In this document: positions 63,381 through 64,000 of the stretch, piece by piece
Layout of the letters: each line of letters opens with the position of its first letter
Numbering within the stretch: position 1 is the stretch's first letter
Notes under the pieces: generated by a model
The model's database searches: none
The model's input: only the letters and a program-made list of their open reading frames with translations
Told to the model about the DNA's origin: nothing
Made by a program: the position numbers and the translations under genes
Origin: Candidatus Woesebacteria bacterium
GTDB lineage: Bacteria; Patescibacteriota; Microgenomatia; UBA1400; UBA12108
Length of the DNA stretch: 64,000 bases
Assembly: GCA_018060845.1 (NCBI GenBank)
Contig: JAGOVG010000001.1
Coordinates: 152,740 to 216,739 of the forward strand
Direction of reading: 5' to 3'

Positions 63381-64000
63381 ATAAAATTCTTAAAAGAGAT
63401 GGTAGGGAAGTGGAGTTCTCGTTGCCAAAACTATCGGATGCGATCTGGAAGGCAGGGCGAGAAACTCACGAATTTGATGAAAAAGAAGCCAAGCGCCTAG
63501 CGGAAATAACAAGTGCTCTAGTTGAGAAGTCGCTAAAAGATAAAGAGATAGTAACGGTTGAAAAAGTGCAGGATTTTGTAGAGCAAGTCCTCATGGCGGC
63601 AGGACATTATCAGACAGCAAAGGCCTACATCCTGTATCGCGCAGCGAGGAGTGAGGAGAGGCGAGTAGAGCGGATTATTGGCGTTAAGGATGATCTTGAT
63701 CTTTCCCCTAACCAACTAAAAGTGTTGCGTAATCGATATTTACTAAAAGATGAAGATGGCAGAGTGATTGAGACGCCGTCGGAAATGTTTAGAAGAGTAG
63801 CCAAGAACCTGGCAATTGTTGAAAAGACAAATAAGAGAAAGAAAATAGAAGACGATTTTTATGAGGTAATGGCTCGTTTGGAGTTTCTGCCTGCCGGTAG
63901 AACTCTCAATAATGCGGGCACTCCCCAATCACAGCTGGCTAACTGTTTTGTATTGCCTGTTGAAGATTCGATGGAGGGGATATTTGACGCGGTTAAGTGG
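63371..64000 (+). CDS. nrdJ: Class II ribonucleotide reductase, paralog c, with an N-terminal ATP cone; partial, continues past the window end
   Basis: MRINKILKRDGREVEFSLPKLSDAIWKA is an ATP cone. ...[28 protein letters not shown]. Confidence 0.7.
   Translation, partial: MRINKILKRDGREVEFSLPKLSDAIWKAGRETHEFDEKEAKRLAEITSALVEKSLKDKEIVTVEKVQDFVEQVLMAAGHYQTAKAYILYRAARSEERRVERIIGVKDDLDLSPNQLKVLRNRYLLKDEDGRVIETPSEMFRRVAKNLAIVEKTNKRKKIEDDFYEVMARLEFLPAGRTLNNAGTPQSQLANCFVLPVEDSMEGIFDAVKW

Noticed and set aside
1-64000. CRISPR arrays, rRNA genes, transposases or integrases
   Set aside because: No regularly spaced identical direct repeats and no rRNA-like conserved stretches. No DDE, serine or tyrosine recombinase-like ORFs recognised in the window.

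Overview
This 64 kb window is densely coded on both strands and looks like a reduced-genome bacterium, probably from the Patescibacteria/CPR radiation (inference from gene content). There are about 90 CDS, two adjacent class II tRNAs on the minus strand, and no rRNA or CRISPR.

Housekeeping blocks:
- Isoprenoid genes idi, isopentenyl-phosphate kinase and uppS.
- smpB, with no recognisable tmRNA next to it.
- A suf Fe-S operon: Rrf2 regulator, sufC, sufB, a short SufD-like gene, sufS and sufU.
- t6A genes tsaD plus a TsaC-TsaE fusion.
- pgk, rpiB, an rpe-like gene, a split transketolase, a PfkB kinase, an LDH/MDH-family dehydrogenase, cmk and gmk.
- Two class A PBPs flanking a GH18-like gene.
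- nrdR followed by three tandem class II ribonucleotide reductase paralogs.

The most unusual region is 265-6843. Seven tandem small two-TM paralogs are best read as VirB2/TrbC-like pilins (inference from the shared ITAGGDKGK core). They lie downstream of a 956-aa secreted Cys-rich protein whose C-terminus is itself one of these pilin domains. A divergent ECF sigma factor with small membrane proteins abuts the array. A second mini-locus at 10717-11453 repeats the theme.

Several non-coding repeat families are also present:
- A hairpin-bearing element (three copies) that shows compensatory stem changes.
- A ~100 bp module found in two divergent promoter regions.
- A ~65 bp element found twice.
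- A CGGACAACCRGAATACTCRG head followed by ~9-10 bp phased TCNGAW repeats, present four times and mostly in-frame at gene starts or ends.
- ~85 bp leader repeats upstream of three consecutive cassette genes next to the tRNA-Ser pair.
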